Shown here piece by piece: positions 23,013-34,175 of a stretch of 64,000 nt of DNA. The position numbers and the translations under genes are program-made. The stretch is taken from positions 1,059,184-1,123,183 of the forward strand of contig NW_005201392.1 of assembly GCF_000372725.1 (NCBI RefSeq), given 5' to 3'. The notes under the pieces are model-generated. The model was not told where the DNA came from and made no database searches. It saw nothing but the letters and a program-made list of their open reading frames with translations. Source of the DNA: Emiliania huxleyi CCMP1516 (lineage: Eukaryota). Numbering within the stretch: the stretch's first letter is position 1; each line of letters opens with the position of its first letter.

Positions 23013-25909
23013 GACACTGTCTCGGAGACACCGCCTACGGCGCCTTAGAGCTTACTTTAGAGTGTGCTGTTGTTGTGCTGGCTGCTTGTTCGTCAGTAGT
23101 GACTTTCCTCTGTTTGTGGCCACCTTTGTTTCGGGTGTGCGCTGGAGCTTTCGATGTAGTCGGCCGCGCACATACGACGCACGCGCGTGACATCATCCGT
23201 CGCCTGTCGCGACGAGTTGGCGACGGTCGCCGTCTCGCGATCTCTATACCTTCCTGTCTACCTCGCCCGCAGCGAGTACGACCTCGCGTGCGGGCAGGTT
23301 TGAGGACGCATGCGAGTAGAGATAGGCTCAGGCGCATGACGTACGCAGCGGGTACACCGCGCGCGTGTATGTGTATGTGTGTGTGTCCCTGTCTCTTATT
23401 TGTCTAAGGTCTGTCTCTGTTTGAGGTGGTCTCTCAGTGAGAGTCTATCTGAGGTGTCGCTCGGGTTGTTGCCTTAACTAGATAACATTCCCATATTCTT
23501 TAATAGCGGCTAGTTTGTCACAACACGTGCCGCAAGACACGGCGCTTCCAATCAAGAAAGTCATTATCTTGGACGCATCCCTCGACGCGAAGAGCCATGC
23601 AGTCACTCGAATTACTTGGACCTCTCCTGCAAGTAGAACGAAACATTCTTGGAGCTTCCCCCTACATGCAGGAACGCATCTCATCCGTGGCGACGCGCTG
23701 AGCCACCGAGCCGTACTCGGCCGCGCCGCCGCGTCGAGGCACGGGTCCCCCGCCAAGCAGCGACGCCGAAGCGTCGACCGATAGAGCGCCACGCCCAGCA
23801 GTATGGGCGTCGACCGCTCTCTCGAGCGGCCGCGTGGCAGTGCGTGGCGCGGGCGCCACGGGCGGCAAGCGTGGAGCCGCTGGAAGAGCCGGTGCGAGCC
23901 GTGGATGGCAGCCGCTCCCCACGTCGCCGAGAGAGGCTGCGGGAGAGGGCTAAGGAGGCCACCGGAGGCGCCGGGAGGCTCGGGAGGCGCTAAAAAGTGG
24001 CCCGGGCACCTCGCGCCACCCGTCTGGTGGGGCTGGGTGGGCTCAGGAATTAATCCAGGATTTTAAGGTGATCCACTACACCTGACCGAGAATTGGATGT
24101 GTCGCTATATACGGGGTGTGGACCCTGAGTTGACCAGGGGTTGTGCGCTGGGCCCTCCTGCTCGGCTCCAGCCAGTAGACAAGTCTTGTCATCAACAGAG
24201 TAGAAGGATCTGACCTCGGGGCCGATGTGACCAAGCGCTGGTAGCGTGGTTTAACCTCAAACCCATGGTCTCACAGTGTGCCGGCAGTCGCCGAGCAGTG
24301 TCGCTCACACAAGCCGCAGCACAAGTGACTGAGGGCCAGTGAGGGCGAGCCCATCGCTGTCACAGCTGTGGCAGCCGCACAATAGGCTGTGTCAACTGTG
24401 CAGAGTGTGTGAGCAGCAGAGGAGCTGCTCTCCAGGCTTCTGTCGCAAAGAGCTGCATGCCACCGAAAGCGCTGTCGAGGTTCGCCGAGCGCGGCGCAGG
24501 TTGAGGGAAGCCGCCACCGACGAGCGCGTTGGACTTTTCACTCCGGACAAAAACGGGTACACGCACACGAGCCGCGGTCGTGTACCCGTCTTAGGGGCGA
24601 GGCGCGGGACCGTCTGTGGCGAAGTGGGTCGCGTCCCTCGATTTCCTCAACTCACGGTCCGCTCCCTCTATTCGGTAGCAGAAAGAGCCGAAAAGGAGGC
24701 CGGCAGGCCGATTCTGGCGGCGAGACGCGAAAAACGGGTGCGGGGCCGTTTCCTCACAGCAAAGACACAATAGGATCATGGGAGTATTCATGTGTGGCGA
24801 TGCAGAAACGCGCACACACTCTATCAACAGCGCACAAAGCAGTCACGGTACACAAGAGAGCGAGCAGCAAGTTCAGTGCGCTGTGGCAGCAGCGTCAGCG
24901 CGCTGGGGGCGCCACCGGGGGCGCAAGCGCCTGGCGCTCCCGTGCCTGGCGCGCGCGCTTGAGTCTCGCGCGGTGGTTCTTCATCCATCGGACCGCCTGC
25001 GCGGCAAGGGAGCGAGGGGATCAGCCTTCGATGCGGCCAGGGACGCGGTGGGAGCGCGTGTCGCCGCTGCGGTGGCGCGCGCTGCGACGGCGTGCACGCG
25101 GCGCACCGGCGCCGCGTCGCGTCGCGGCGCAGTGCTGGCGGCGTGCAGGCGGCGTGTCGGGGCGGGTGGCGGTGACGAGGTGCTGGGAGTGGTTGCGCGA
25201 GCGAGGCGGCGCGCGGTACGGAGGCGGTGGCAGCGCGGCGGCGTCGCGTCGGCGGTGGTAGCGCGGCGGAGCGGCCAAGGGGCGGGGCGGGGCGGGCGCG
25301 GGGGGCGGGGGGCGGGGGGCGGGGCGGGCTGGGGCGTGGCGCGCACAATGCTCGCATCGATTCCCATCATGTTGGGCGCCGTCAAGTGGCGGTAGTCGAT
25401 CGTGCAGTTGCAGGCGGTGGGGCCGCACGGTCGTGCCTTGACTGGCCGCAGCGGCAAGTTCTTGTGGTCGACGCCGGTAGCCCGTCGTCGAGCGCAAATC
25501 TCCAGACGCTTTCGCGAGCTCTCGTAGAGATGTAGGCAAGCTTCAGAGTGCGCTCTTGGAAGCCGTCGAGGTCGAGGGCGAAGTTGAGATCGACGCGCGG
25601 ATCGCCCCGCCTCGCTCGCGGGGCGAACTTGTGCTGGCGCGCACCGCCGCTCCGGAGCGGCGGGTCGGGCCGGCGAGTCGGCCGCAGAGGCGGCTCCCCG
25701 CCGATCGGATCGGCCGGCCGAGGGCGGACAGGAGCCTCGTTCAGGGTGGACGGGCCACGAGCCAACGGTGCGCCCCATCGCCGCGCCGCGGGGAGAGCGG
25801 CAGCGGCCGCGACCATCGCCCGACCGTCCAAACCCTGCTAATCCACGCCGGAGGTTGGCTGGGTAAACGGGAGCGATCATCAGTCCAAGGCAGCAAAACT
25901 GCGCCACCG

Positions 25910-26992
25910 ATGCACTCGCCAGTCTCATCCCTCAAGTCGTCCCCGCTGAGCTCCTTTGCCGCCGCCGTCATCGCGGCGCTCCTCGCCCTCACGATCCTCT
26001 TGCCGGTTGTTCGCACGAGCGTGACAGCGACGGCCTCGCTCGTGGTTGAGGTCGCTCGAGAGCACCAGGCCTCTCTCTTGGCTGCAGACGTGTGGACGCT
26101 CACCTGCGTCGGACTCGCCGGCTTCGCTGCTCAGCTGGTCGACGGTTCTCTCGGCATGGGCTACGGCCTGACCTCCTCTTCCGTCCTCGTCGCCGCGGGG
26201 CTCAAGCCAGCGACCGCCTCGGCCTCGGTGCACCTGGCACAGGTTGGCACGACGCTCGCCTCCGGCCTTGCGCACCGCCGCGCCGGAAACGTGGACGAGG
26301 CGAGCCTCAAAAAAGTTGCGCCGCCGGGAGCGATGGGCGCGCTGGCTGGTGCGGCGCTTCTCTCGTACACGCCGGCGGCGACGGCGCGGCTCCTCTCGGC
26401 GACTCTTCTATTCGGGCTCGGTGCGATTGTCGCGCTGCGCTTTTACCGCATCGCGCCGCGCCGGGCGGAAGCAGCGGGCGCCCCGTCGGCCACCGTCCTC
26501 CGGCTAATCGGACTTCTCGGCGGCTTCGTTGACTCGACCGGCGGTGGAGGGTGGGGTCCCATCGCCACGTCTGGCCTCCTTGCGGGGAGCTCGCTGCCCC
26601 CCTGCCGCGTGGTCGGCACCACCAGCGCGTCCGAGTTCTTCGTCACCGTGGCGGCGGTCGCCGGCTTCTGCGCGACTCACGCCGGAGGCGGCGGCGGGCA
26701 CGGCGCCCGCCTCGACCTGCTCGCCGTCCTTCTCCTCGGTGGCGTCTCGGCAGCACCGCTCGCACCCCGTCTCGTGACTTGCGCGCGACCTCGCATGCTC
26801 GGCGTGTTGATTGGAGGCTTTATCATGCTGACCAACAGCAAGACTCTCCTCCACGCGGCCGGCGCGGGCGAATCGGTCCGAAGCTGTTGCCAGGCCGCGC
26901 TGCTGGCCGCCTGGCTCGCCGCCCTGGCCTCGGTCCGCCGCCACGCCGATGACGAGGAGGCTCCGGCCGGCAAGGCAGGCCCGCAAGACTAG
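25910..26992 (+). CDS. Sulfite exporter TauE/SafE (UPF0721) family membrane protein, intronless
   Basis: GFAAQLVDGSLGMGYG, ASASVHLAQ, AHRRAGNVD, GGFVDSTGGGGWGP, VVGTTSASEFFV motifs. Confidence 0.9.
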   Translation: MHSPVSSLKSSPLSSFAAAVIAALLALTILLPVVRTSVTATASLVVEVAREHQASLLAADVWTLTCVGLAGFAAQLVDGSLGMGYGLTSSSVLVAAGLKPATASASVHLAQVGTTLASGLAHRRAGNVDEASLKKVAPPGAMGALAGAALLSYTPAATARLLSATLLFGLGAIVALRFYRIAPRRAEAAGAPSATVLRLIGLLGGFVDSTGGGGWGPIATSGLLAGSSLPPCRVVGTTSASEFFVTVAAVAGFCATHAGGGGGHGARLDLLAVLLLGGVSAAPLAPRLVTCARPRMLGVLIGGFIMLTNSKTLLHAAGAGESVRSCCQAALLAAWLAALASVRRHADDEEAPAGKAGPQD

Positions 26993-27267
26993 CGAGCAAA
27001 CGTCGAACCCTCTCCTCCCCTCGCGCCTCGGTGCGGACGCGCGTGAAGGATTCGTGTCGGGGGTTACTCAGTGGACTGTGATGGAGAGGGGGGACGACAC
27101 TTCTTCAGCGTTGACTGTAAAGTGAAAGAAAGAAAGCAAACAAGCAAGGGAGTCGAAGTGAGGGAGAAGTCGAGACGTTCATTATCAAATTTAGGATTTT
27201 CCGTCATTTGTCATTGCTTTCCCTTCCGTCGGCGCACGCAGGGTCTCGCTCGGGGGGGGGACTTCAA

Positions 27268-28377
27268 ATGGCGCTGCAGAATCTGCTCGCGCTGCTGATC
27301 GTTCTAGCCTTGCCTGGCGCGGTGCGTGCGGAGTCGGATGGCACAGCCGCAGCGGCAGAGGCCACCACGGCAATCGCTGAGGCCGATTCGGCGGCAGCGC
27401 AGGAGGCCAACTCAAAGGTATGGGAGGACTTGATGGCGGCCGATTTCAAAGCAGCAGCCTCCCAAGCGTACGTTGCTGCCAACAAGAACTCGATCTCGGC
27501 CTCCTCCTCGTTCGCGTCAGCGTTTGCGTTCCTCGCCGACACGCTGTCGGAAATGACTCAGGAGTACAGCCCGGAGGTGCTTACTGGCGGCGCCAGCACT
27601 CTGCCAGGTGAGATCGGAGCCGGCGTCACCACGCCAGGTGGGATCGGAGCCGACGCCACGACGCTCCCGGGCGAGATAGGGGCCGTTGGCGTCACGACGT
27701 TGCCTGCCGGCGCCTCCCGGGCAGCAGAAGCCATTGCGCCGGACGAGGTCGCTTCTGCGACGAAAGAGTCGGCGATTGAGGCGAAGGCAGCCGCCAATTC
27801 AGACGTGAAGGCTGCGCTGGGCGAGGCGAAGGTGGGAATGGGGTATCTCGCTGACGCCACCAAAACGGCGGGCGTGGAGATTATGACTGCATACAATGAG
27901 GCGGGCGATTGGAAGAGCGGCCTGCAGGCGGCTGCCGGGCAGCTCCAGGGCCTTGCGATGGGCATTGGGTCGTACGGCTTGGACGCCATGCTCTCCGGCG
28001 AGGTCAAGTCGTCCAGTGAAGTCGCCGCAAGCGCAAAGGCGGCCTCCACGGGAACGGAGAAGGCCCAAGTGGCGATCGATCAGACCACGGTCGCGTCTAT
28101 GGCCTCGCTCAAGGCGGTTGGCGCCACCAGCGTCGCGACCTTCGCCGGTGGCGCCAGTTCGATGACGAGCGCGATCAACGCGTGGAGGATGGACGCTGCT
28201 CGTCTGGCGAGCGAGGCGCTGGCGGTAGCTTCGCCCACTGCGCGACCTCCATCGACCGCGCTCGCGGTCGCGGCGTTCGGACTGCTGACTGCGCTGGCGT
28301 TGGGGGGCCTTCATGCCGCCGGCCGCATTGGGCTTGGGCAAGCGCACGCCACTGGCACGTCCTCCAACCTCGTTTGA
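27268..28377 (+). CDS. Secreted/type-I membrane Ala-rich protein
   Basis: Signal peptide MALQNLLALLIVLALPGAVRA; short TT(L)PG(E/G)IGA repeats; C-terminal hydrophobic ALAVAAFGLLTALALGGL. Confidence 0.7.
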   Translation: MALQNLLALLIVLALPGAVRAESDGTAAAAEATTAIAEADSAAAQEANSKVWEDLMAADFKAAASQAYVAANKNSISASSSFASAFAFLADTLSEMTQEYSPEVLTGGASTLPGEIGAGVTTPGGIGADATTLPGEIGAVGVTTLPAGASRAAEAIAPDEVASATKESAIEAKAAANSDVKAALGEAKVGMGYLADATKTAGVEIMTAYNEAGDWKSGLQAAAGQLQGLAMGIGSYGLDAMLSGEVKSSSEVAASAKAASTGTEKAQVAIDQTTVASMASLKAVGATSVATFAGGASSMTSAINAWRMDAARLASEALAVASPTARPPSTALAVAAFGLLTALALGGLHAAGRIGLGQAHATGTSSNLV

Positions 28378-28825
28378 TGGGACAGAGCTTGCTTGGCTGG
28401 GAGTGATGGAGATGGCGCTCCCCATGGAGATTTCACAAAGATCAAAGTCAAAGTTGCGCATGTGTCCACACCGTTTTCGCATTCTTCACTTCGTTACTCT
28501 CGTGTTTTTACTGCGGTAGGTAGACAATCTACCTCCCATCTAACCGCGCCTACCCTTTCTTGGGTAATGGGTAGACCTTTCACACCCACCGAGGTCATTA
28601 CCGCCTCTAACTAGTTCGTGCGTCCTGCTATCGCCCGCCTGCTTTCGTTGCATCCTCTCAGTGTGGTCTATGGTTTGCTAGACCCATGAGACCAGCCACG
28701 CCGCGCCCTCGGCACGGGCGCCTCCGCCGCCGCCCTCAGCCACGCCGCTACGACCGTCGGAGACGTCAACTCCGCCGTCACATTTACACACACACACGAA
28801 AAACTTCAACTACGACACCACCATC

Positions 28826-29060
28826 TCTCAGTTCACGCGGAGATCATGAACCGTGAACCGTGACGAACCAACTAGTCGACCAACTAGCCCCCGCCCTGAC
28901 AGCGCCCCTGACCGCCCGCCCGGTCCCCCGCGGCCCCCCGGCCCGACACCGCGCCCGAGACCCCGAGTCCGTGAAGCGTGATCCCGCGCGAACCGTGAAC
29001 GAACCGCGAAGGAGTTGGTCCATGAACCGGGTCACGGGTCACCCTCCTGCGAACTGACAG
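28826..29060. mobile_element. Possible small MITE with GAACCGT subterminal repeats
   Basis: Imperfect inverted ends ctctcagttcacgcggag / ctcctgcgaactgacagg; left end recurs inverted at ~19600-19665; no TSD seen. Confidence 0.45.
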
Positions 29061-29249
29061 GTTGGACCACGCCACAGACAGTTCCATCTCTCTCTCCCAC
29101 AGACAGTAAAGGTCATAGCCGAGCCGTATAACACACGCCCCACAGTCCAACAACTACATTCGCTCTCAACGGGCGACCCTGTCTGCAGCGCGGAATTCCT
29201 CTTTTCTTCTCTCTCGTCCTCCTGACAAAAATGTACAACAACAAACGTG

Positions 29250-29516
29250 TGAGTGTTAGAGTTGTTTGGTATTGAAAATCTCTCTCTCGAAATGTAAAAG
29301 AAATGCCGGACGCCGCCGCCGGGCCTTTTCCCCATCCCAAACTGTCACTCCCCTTTCTTTCTCCCGGCCGGGGCGGGGCGCGCGCGGGGGCGGCGAGTGT
29401 GCGGGATGTCTGTGGGCCCGAGAGCGATGCGTCATGCGTGTGTGCTGTGCCGGGCACTTGGAGCACTTGGAGTGCAGTCGGTAACCTCACATCCAGGGCC
29501 GGGGAGCTAAGAAGCG
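29250..29516. repeat. Mosaic of dispersed repeat modules upstream of RING gene
   Basis: 29250-29287 ~ 19403-19440; 29334-29430 ~ 2090-2190; 29451-29516 ~ rc 11685-11750. Confidence 0.85.
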
Positions 29517-29569
29517 TTTCTTCATGCTCCAAAAGTGACGCGCAGACGCCGCCTCCTTTAGCGCTCGCA

Positions 29570-30465
29570 ATGGGGGCCCGGCATTCCGCCCCGCCCACCC
29601 ATGCGTCAGACGTGGTGGCTCCCACGGACGGCTCGCCGTCTGCACCGCGGCGCTCGAGCTCGGAGACAGAGCTCTCGCCTCCTCAGCGAGCGCTTTCGGG
29701 CACCATCTACAGCGATGCCGCAGCCTCCGAGCCGCCTAGGCTCTCTCTCTCGGGTCTCTCAAGGCGGAGGAGCCTCAGCCGTGGTGTCAGCCGCTTGATC
29801 AGCAAGCGGCTCCTTCGGCGGAGGGCGCGCGAGGCGTCCGAGGCGCCCGACGAGGAGGTGTTCGAGGAGGACGAGGAGGGCGAGGAGGAGGCCGAGTCGG
29901 AGGGCGAGCTGGGCAATGACGAGGACCTGGACGAGAACTGCATCGTGTGCATGGACCAGCCGCGCGACGCCACCGTGATGCCGTGCCGCCACATGTGCGA
30001 GCCTGCCTCCACGCCCGCGAGCAGCCGCTCCTTGCAGACGCCACGCCCTGCCTGCCTCGCAGGGTTCTCTGCAGCCGCTGCGCAGGCGCGCTGCGCTACC
30101 GCACGGACGTGCAGCACCGCTGCCCTATTTGCCGCACAGAGATCGAGTCCGTCCTCGAGGAGGACGAGCAGCTTGAAAAGGCGCGCGGCGACACGGCGCC
30201 GCACAGCGAGCTCTCCCACGCCCTAACACTCGCTTCCCGGCCCACACGCAGGCAATGCTCGAGTTGCCGTGGGGCTTCCGCTGAGTATGGGTGCATGCTC
30301 ACGAATGGTTATAGGGGGAGAGAGGAAGCGCGCGAGAATATCGCCCGCATCTCCCGAAAAAAAAGGGAAAGAAGGCACTGCGTTTTTTGGCAGCGGTACC
30401 AAAGCCTCGCATCAAGCAAGAAGCATCATCCATGTCAAGACAACAAGAGATTATATTATTTATAA
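29570..30465 (+). CDS. RING-HC (C3HC4) E3 ligase-like protein with N-myristoylation motif; 3' end uncertain
   Basis: MGARHS (MGxxxS); CIVCMDQPRDATVMPCRH | VLCSRCAGAL…RCPICRTEIESVL across one intron. Confidence 0.85.
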
Positions 30466-30560
30466 GTGCGTGTGAGGTGTGTACGACCGGCGCGGTTCAC
30501 TCGCGACTCGGAAAACCACGATTCGTGTACGACCTACTTAGCTTCCGCGCAGTACTGAGG

Positions 30561-32442
30561 TCAAGGGTTTCGTCCCAATTCTGCCGCCGGTGCGTCACGC
30601 TGCGCCATCAACAGGACTCGTTCTGCGAACCGAGAGAGAATCTCGGGCGCTTCACGCAGCCACTCTTGCAGCCGCGGGAGCCCCGTCTCGACCAGCCGGC
30701 CGAGCTCCTTCTGGTAGCGCCGAGGATTCCCATAGTAGTACGGAACAGCCACACTGCCGGCCGGCTCCTCTGCTTCCAGCAGACGCTGCACTCGCGTGAC
30801 GTCGGTGGTTCCGTTCCGCGCGCAGACAAAGACAACCAGGGTGAGGCAGGCCACCTGCAGTCCCGGGAGAGGAGGGTGGCGAGACGGCACACGGCGAGAG
30901 GGAGGCGCGTGCGAATGCCCACCATTTTGAGGTTTGCCTGACGCGTCGGCGTGAGTGCCTTAGCCAGCGCGTTCTCCCGCGGCCGCAGCAGCAGCTCCTC
31001 GCACAGCACGCGCACAATGAGCAGCTGCAGTGGGCGGGACCAATCACACATCAGTTTTAGGGCGGCTGAGGCGGTACCCGGGTAGACTCTGGGCCCACCT
31101 GCATCGTGATGGCAAGCGGCGATGTGGCCGTGGGCGAAGAGGACCCATCGTGGTGCGGCTCGAGCGTCCCAGCAACGGACGGCATCAGGGCGTCGTTGGG
31201 CCAGTGTAGCCGCCGCGAGGTGAGATAGCGTAGGTGGCCGAGCATTGGCGCAGGAGCATCGGACAGCGCTTCGAGCACCACTTCTAGAAGCGCCTTAGTT
31301 CGCACGCGCAGTTTTGAGCACTGCTTGTCAATCTCGGCCGTTGGCTTTGTGGACGGGCGCAGCGTGAAGCGTCGGCCGCGGGCGAGCCCCGCAGCTTCGC
31401 CTGCGCATGAGGGTGAGTGATCACGTTGAGGTGAGTGATTGCGGCCGCACGGACCGACAATCTGGCACTGCGCTGTACAGCAGTGTGAGAAGATGTGCTG
31501 TCGTCGGTAGCGTGGGGAGGCTCGGCGCTGGGGCCGCTCACCGACCATGTCGAGCTGCAGCGACGCGTCACGCAACATGGAGGAGACCACGGGTCGCACC
31601 GCTCGCTTTAGCCAAGGAATCGCGCATTGGACGAAAGAGAGAAGCACCTCCGATACCTCGGCCTCAGGTGGGGGGGCGTCCTCCTCCTCCTCCTCGGGGT
31701 CGAAGGTACTCAAAGAGGCCTCGGAGCCTGCCCGCCGTGGCGGCACACGCGGCAATGGTGAGCCACCAGGCGGCTCGTCAGTGATTCCTGCTGGTGTCGC
31801 GTCTTGCTTTCGAGGCGACCCTGCCTCGTCCAAGTCGGCTTCTGAGTCGGAAGAGAGGTCGACGTCTTGAAGCGCCGCGTCAATCTCTCCCAGCAGCTTC
31901 TCCGCTGCCTCCTCGCCAGCGCCCTGGCCGCCCTCGCCGTGCAGTGGTTGCGGTTGCGAGGGTGGCGGCGGTGGTGGTACATATCGGTCTCGGCCAGCTT
32001 CGTCAATATCGTCTGACATTTTGCTGTTCTCCGCCGTCTCGAGTTCTTCCCGCCAGAGGCGCTCCTCCTCCGCTGCCTCTCGCCGCCGCCGCTCCTCTTC
32101 AGCAGCACCAGCACGCAAGTTCTCCATGAGCTCATTGTGCAGGCCAACAGACTTTTCGAGCATCGCTTTGAGCTCGGTGTCTAGTGGTGGCTGCGGCGGC
32201 GGCGCTGGCGGCGGCCGCGCGCGCGGGCCCTGCGTAACGGCGCGATCCAACTCCTGGGCCATCCTCGCATTCTGCCGGTCGAGTTCGTCAAGCCGCTTCT
32301 GCCTCGCCGCAAGCTCCTGATGCCAGACGTCGCCTGCACCATCCGTGGCACGGCGACGGCCGAGCTGCTCCTCCACAATGCGAAGCTGCAACGACAGGAG
32401 CGTGTCGAGTGCGTCTGGTTCGACGCTAAGCGCCATACACAC
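30561..32442 (-). CDS. Hypothetical multi-exon coiled-coil/acidic protein
   Basis: 461-aa ORF plus downstream coding-like exons (LLIVRVLCEELLLRP; VACLTLVVFV…GRNP*). Confidence 0.55.
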
Positions 32443-32837
32443 ATGCGCCCGGCAACGGGGGTGTTTCCCTCGCAGCCGAGAATCGTTTCACGTGCGTCCA
32501 AGTGCTCCAAGTGCGTTAGTTGTGAGGGGACAGGGGGAAGTCGGGTATGCGTGAGGTATGAACGTATCGGGGTATCTATTTCCATCTTCGGGGTAGGCAG
32601 GTAAATCCTGCTGTTGCGCCAGGTAGGCATACGCTGGTACTTAAAGATACTTCGTAGACGCATAGCTAGACGTATGCTGGTATGGGGAGTTTGAGACGCA
32701 CATATGGCAGTATGTTGCAACTCGTCTCAAGTACACAGGTAGCGGCGGTCACACCCGCAAGTATGGGTACAGGGATACCACTCCTTACGTGGTCCCGCAA
32801 CCCCCCCAAGTAACCAGGTATCTCGGGGGCGCGCTCC

Positions 32838-32945
32838 AGTATCTGCAGTATCTGCAGTATCTGCAGTATCTGCAGTATCTGCAGTATCTGCAGTATCTGC
32901 GGTATTCTGCAATATCTGCGGTATTCTGCAGTATCCGCGGTATCC
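32838..32945. repeat. (CAGTATCTG)n tandem array 1
   Basis: 9-bp unit, perfect then degenerate copies. Confidence 0.95.
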
Positions 32946-33501
32946 GGGTCGTCTGTGGCAACAGGCGTGTGGGGTGTGGCAGCACCACCCTCGCAGCCCA
33001 GATCTGCCGCCGCCGCGCTGGCTCTGCCAGGATGCACTGTACCGACAACGGCGGCCAATGCCTGCAAAGTTCAAGCTTGCACTCCTGAGCGCGTGTGTCG
33101 CCGCGACCCACAAGGTGACGCAATCATGTCTGCACGCAACCGTGGCTCACGTCTCGTCGGCACCGTCCCTGAGTGCGTCCCGCCTTGGTTGGCGACACAC
33201 ACTCGACGAGGACAGTCCGGCCGACGGGAACGTGTCGCGCGCCGGCGACGGTTGCGGCAGGGTGGTTGTGTGTACGAAGCGCCGCTTCGACGAAGCGAGG
33301 TTGGCAGGCGCCCCTCACGAGCCCCGCAAGACATGCCACACGCCCCTCGCAAGCGAGGTTACCATAGTAGGCGCCCCTCGCGAGACTCGCAAGAGATGCC
33401 ACACCCCCCTCGTAATAGTGCATATTCTGCTTTTGGCAGCTGTTCCACCGAGGCTGTGGGGTGCCGCAGCCGCTGTTGTATAGCGCAATCGGCACCCACC
33501 C

Positions 33502-33605
33502 GTATCTGCAGTATCTGCAGTATCTGCAGTATCTGCAGTATCTGCAGTATCTGCAGTATCTGCAGTATCTGCAGTATCTGCAGTATCTGCAGTATCTGCA
33601 GTATC
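33502..33605. repeat. (CAGTATCTG)n tandem array 2
   Basis: About 11 perfect 9-bp units. Confidence 0.95.
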
Positions 33606-34175
33606 CGCGTACAAGCGGCGAAGTCTGTGGTATTGAAGTATGCATGCTTCGCCATATTTCGACACTTGTGTGTGGGAGGTATGGCAGTATTGTGCCGCCC
33701 CTCTCGCAGTATTGCAGTACGAGGAGGCCGGACGCCGGTCGGTATCCGGGTACCGGGCGCACTGGGCACTGCTACAGCAGTACGGATACCTGGCCCTACC
33801 ACAGTGTGAGTCCTTGTCAGGTATGGCAGTATGGCGCTGACTTCCTAATGTACCCCAGTATAACCAGCCATTCGTGCCGTAAAGGTACGGATACTTTATA
33901 CCCTCTACTTACCCTTGTCCCCTGAAAAGAATTTTACAAACCTCCCTCGCACATGTGTGAAAAGAAGGGAAGAGGAACTGTGTTAGGTATATAACTGTGA
34001 TCTTGATATGACATATGGGTTCGTACTATGCAAAGCATCACATCAATGTCTGTGTGACGCACGAAGACGCTCTTCTCCCGCGCTGCCGCGCAACCAACAG
34101 AGAGACTCCGTCTCCGAAGTGCGTAAAGAGCGGCTAGCCTAAGACGGCTGTCTGAAGAGATCCTCCGCGAGGAAC

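Larger units (their letters stand above)
32524..33924. mobile_element. ~1.4-kb non-autonomous TIR element with two internal 9-bp tandem arrays
   Basis: Ends gAGGGGACAgGGgAAGT-cGGGTAT and rc cAGGGGACAaGGGtAAGTagaGGGTAT; GTAT-rich interior; no TSD seen. Confidence 0.6.

Noticed and set aside
23478..25830. Several short ORFs on both strands
   Set aside because: No recognisable motifs or consistent exon chain; cannot be called
32838..33605. CRISPR-like array from regular repeats
   Set aside because: 9-bp units are contiguous with no spacers, there are no cas genes, and the context is eukaryotic; the ILQ/ADT/CRY repeat ORFs are by-products
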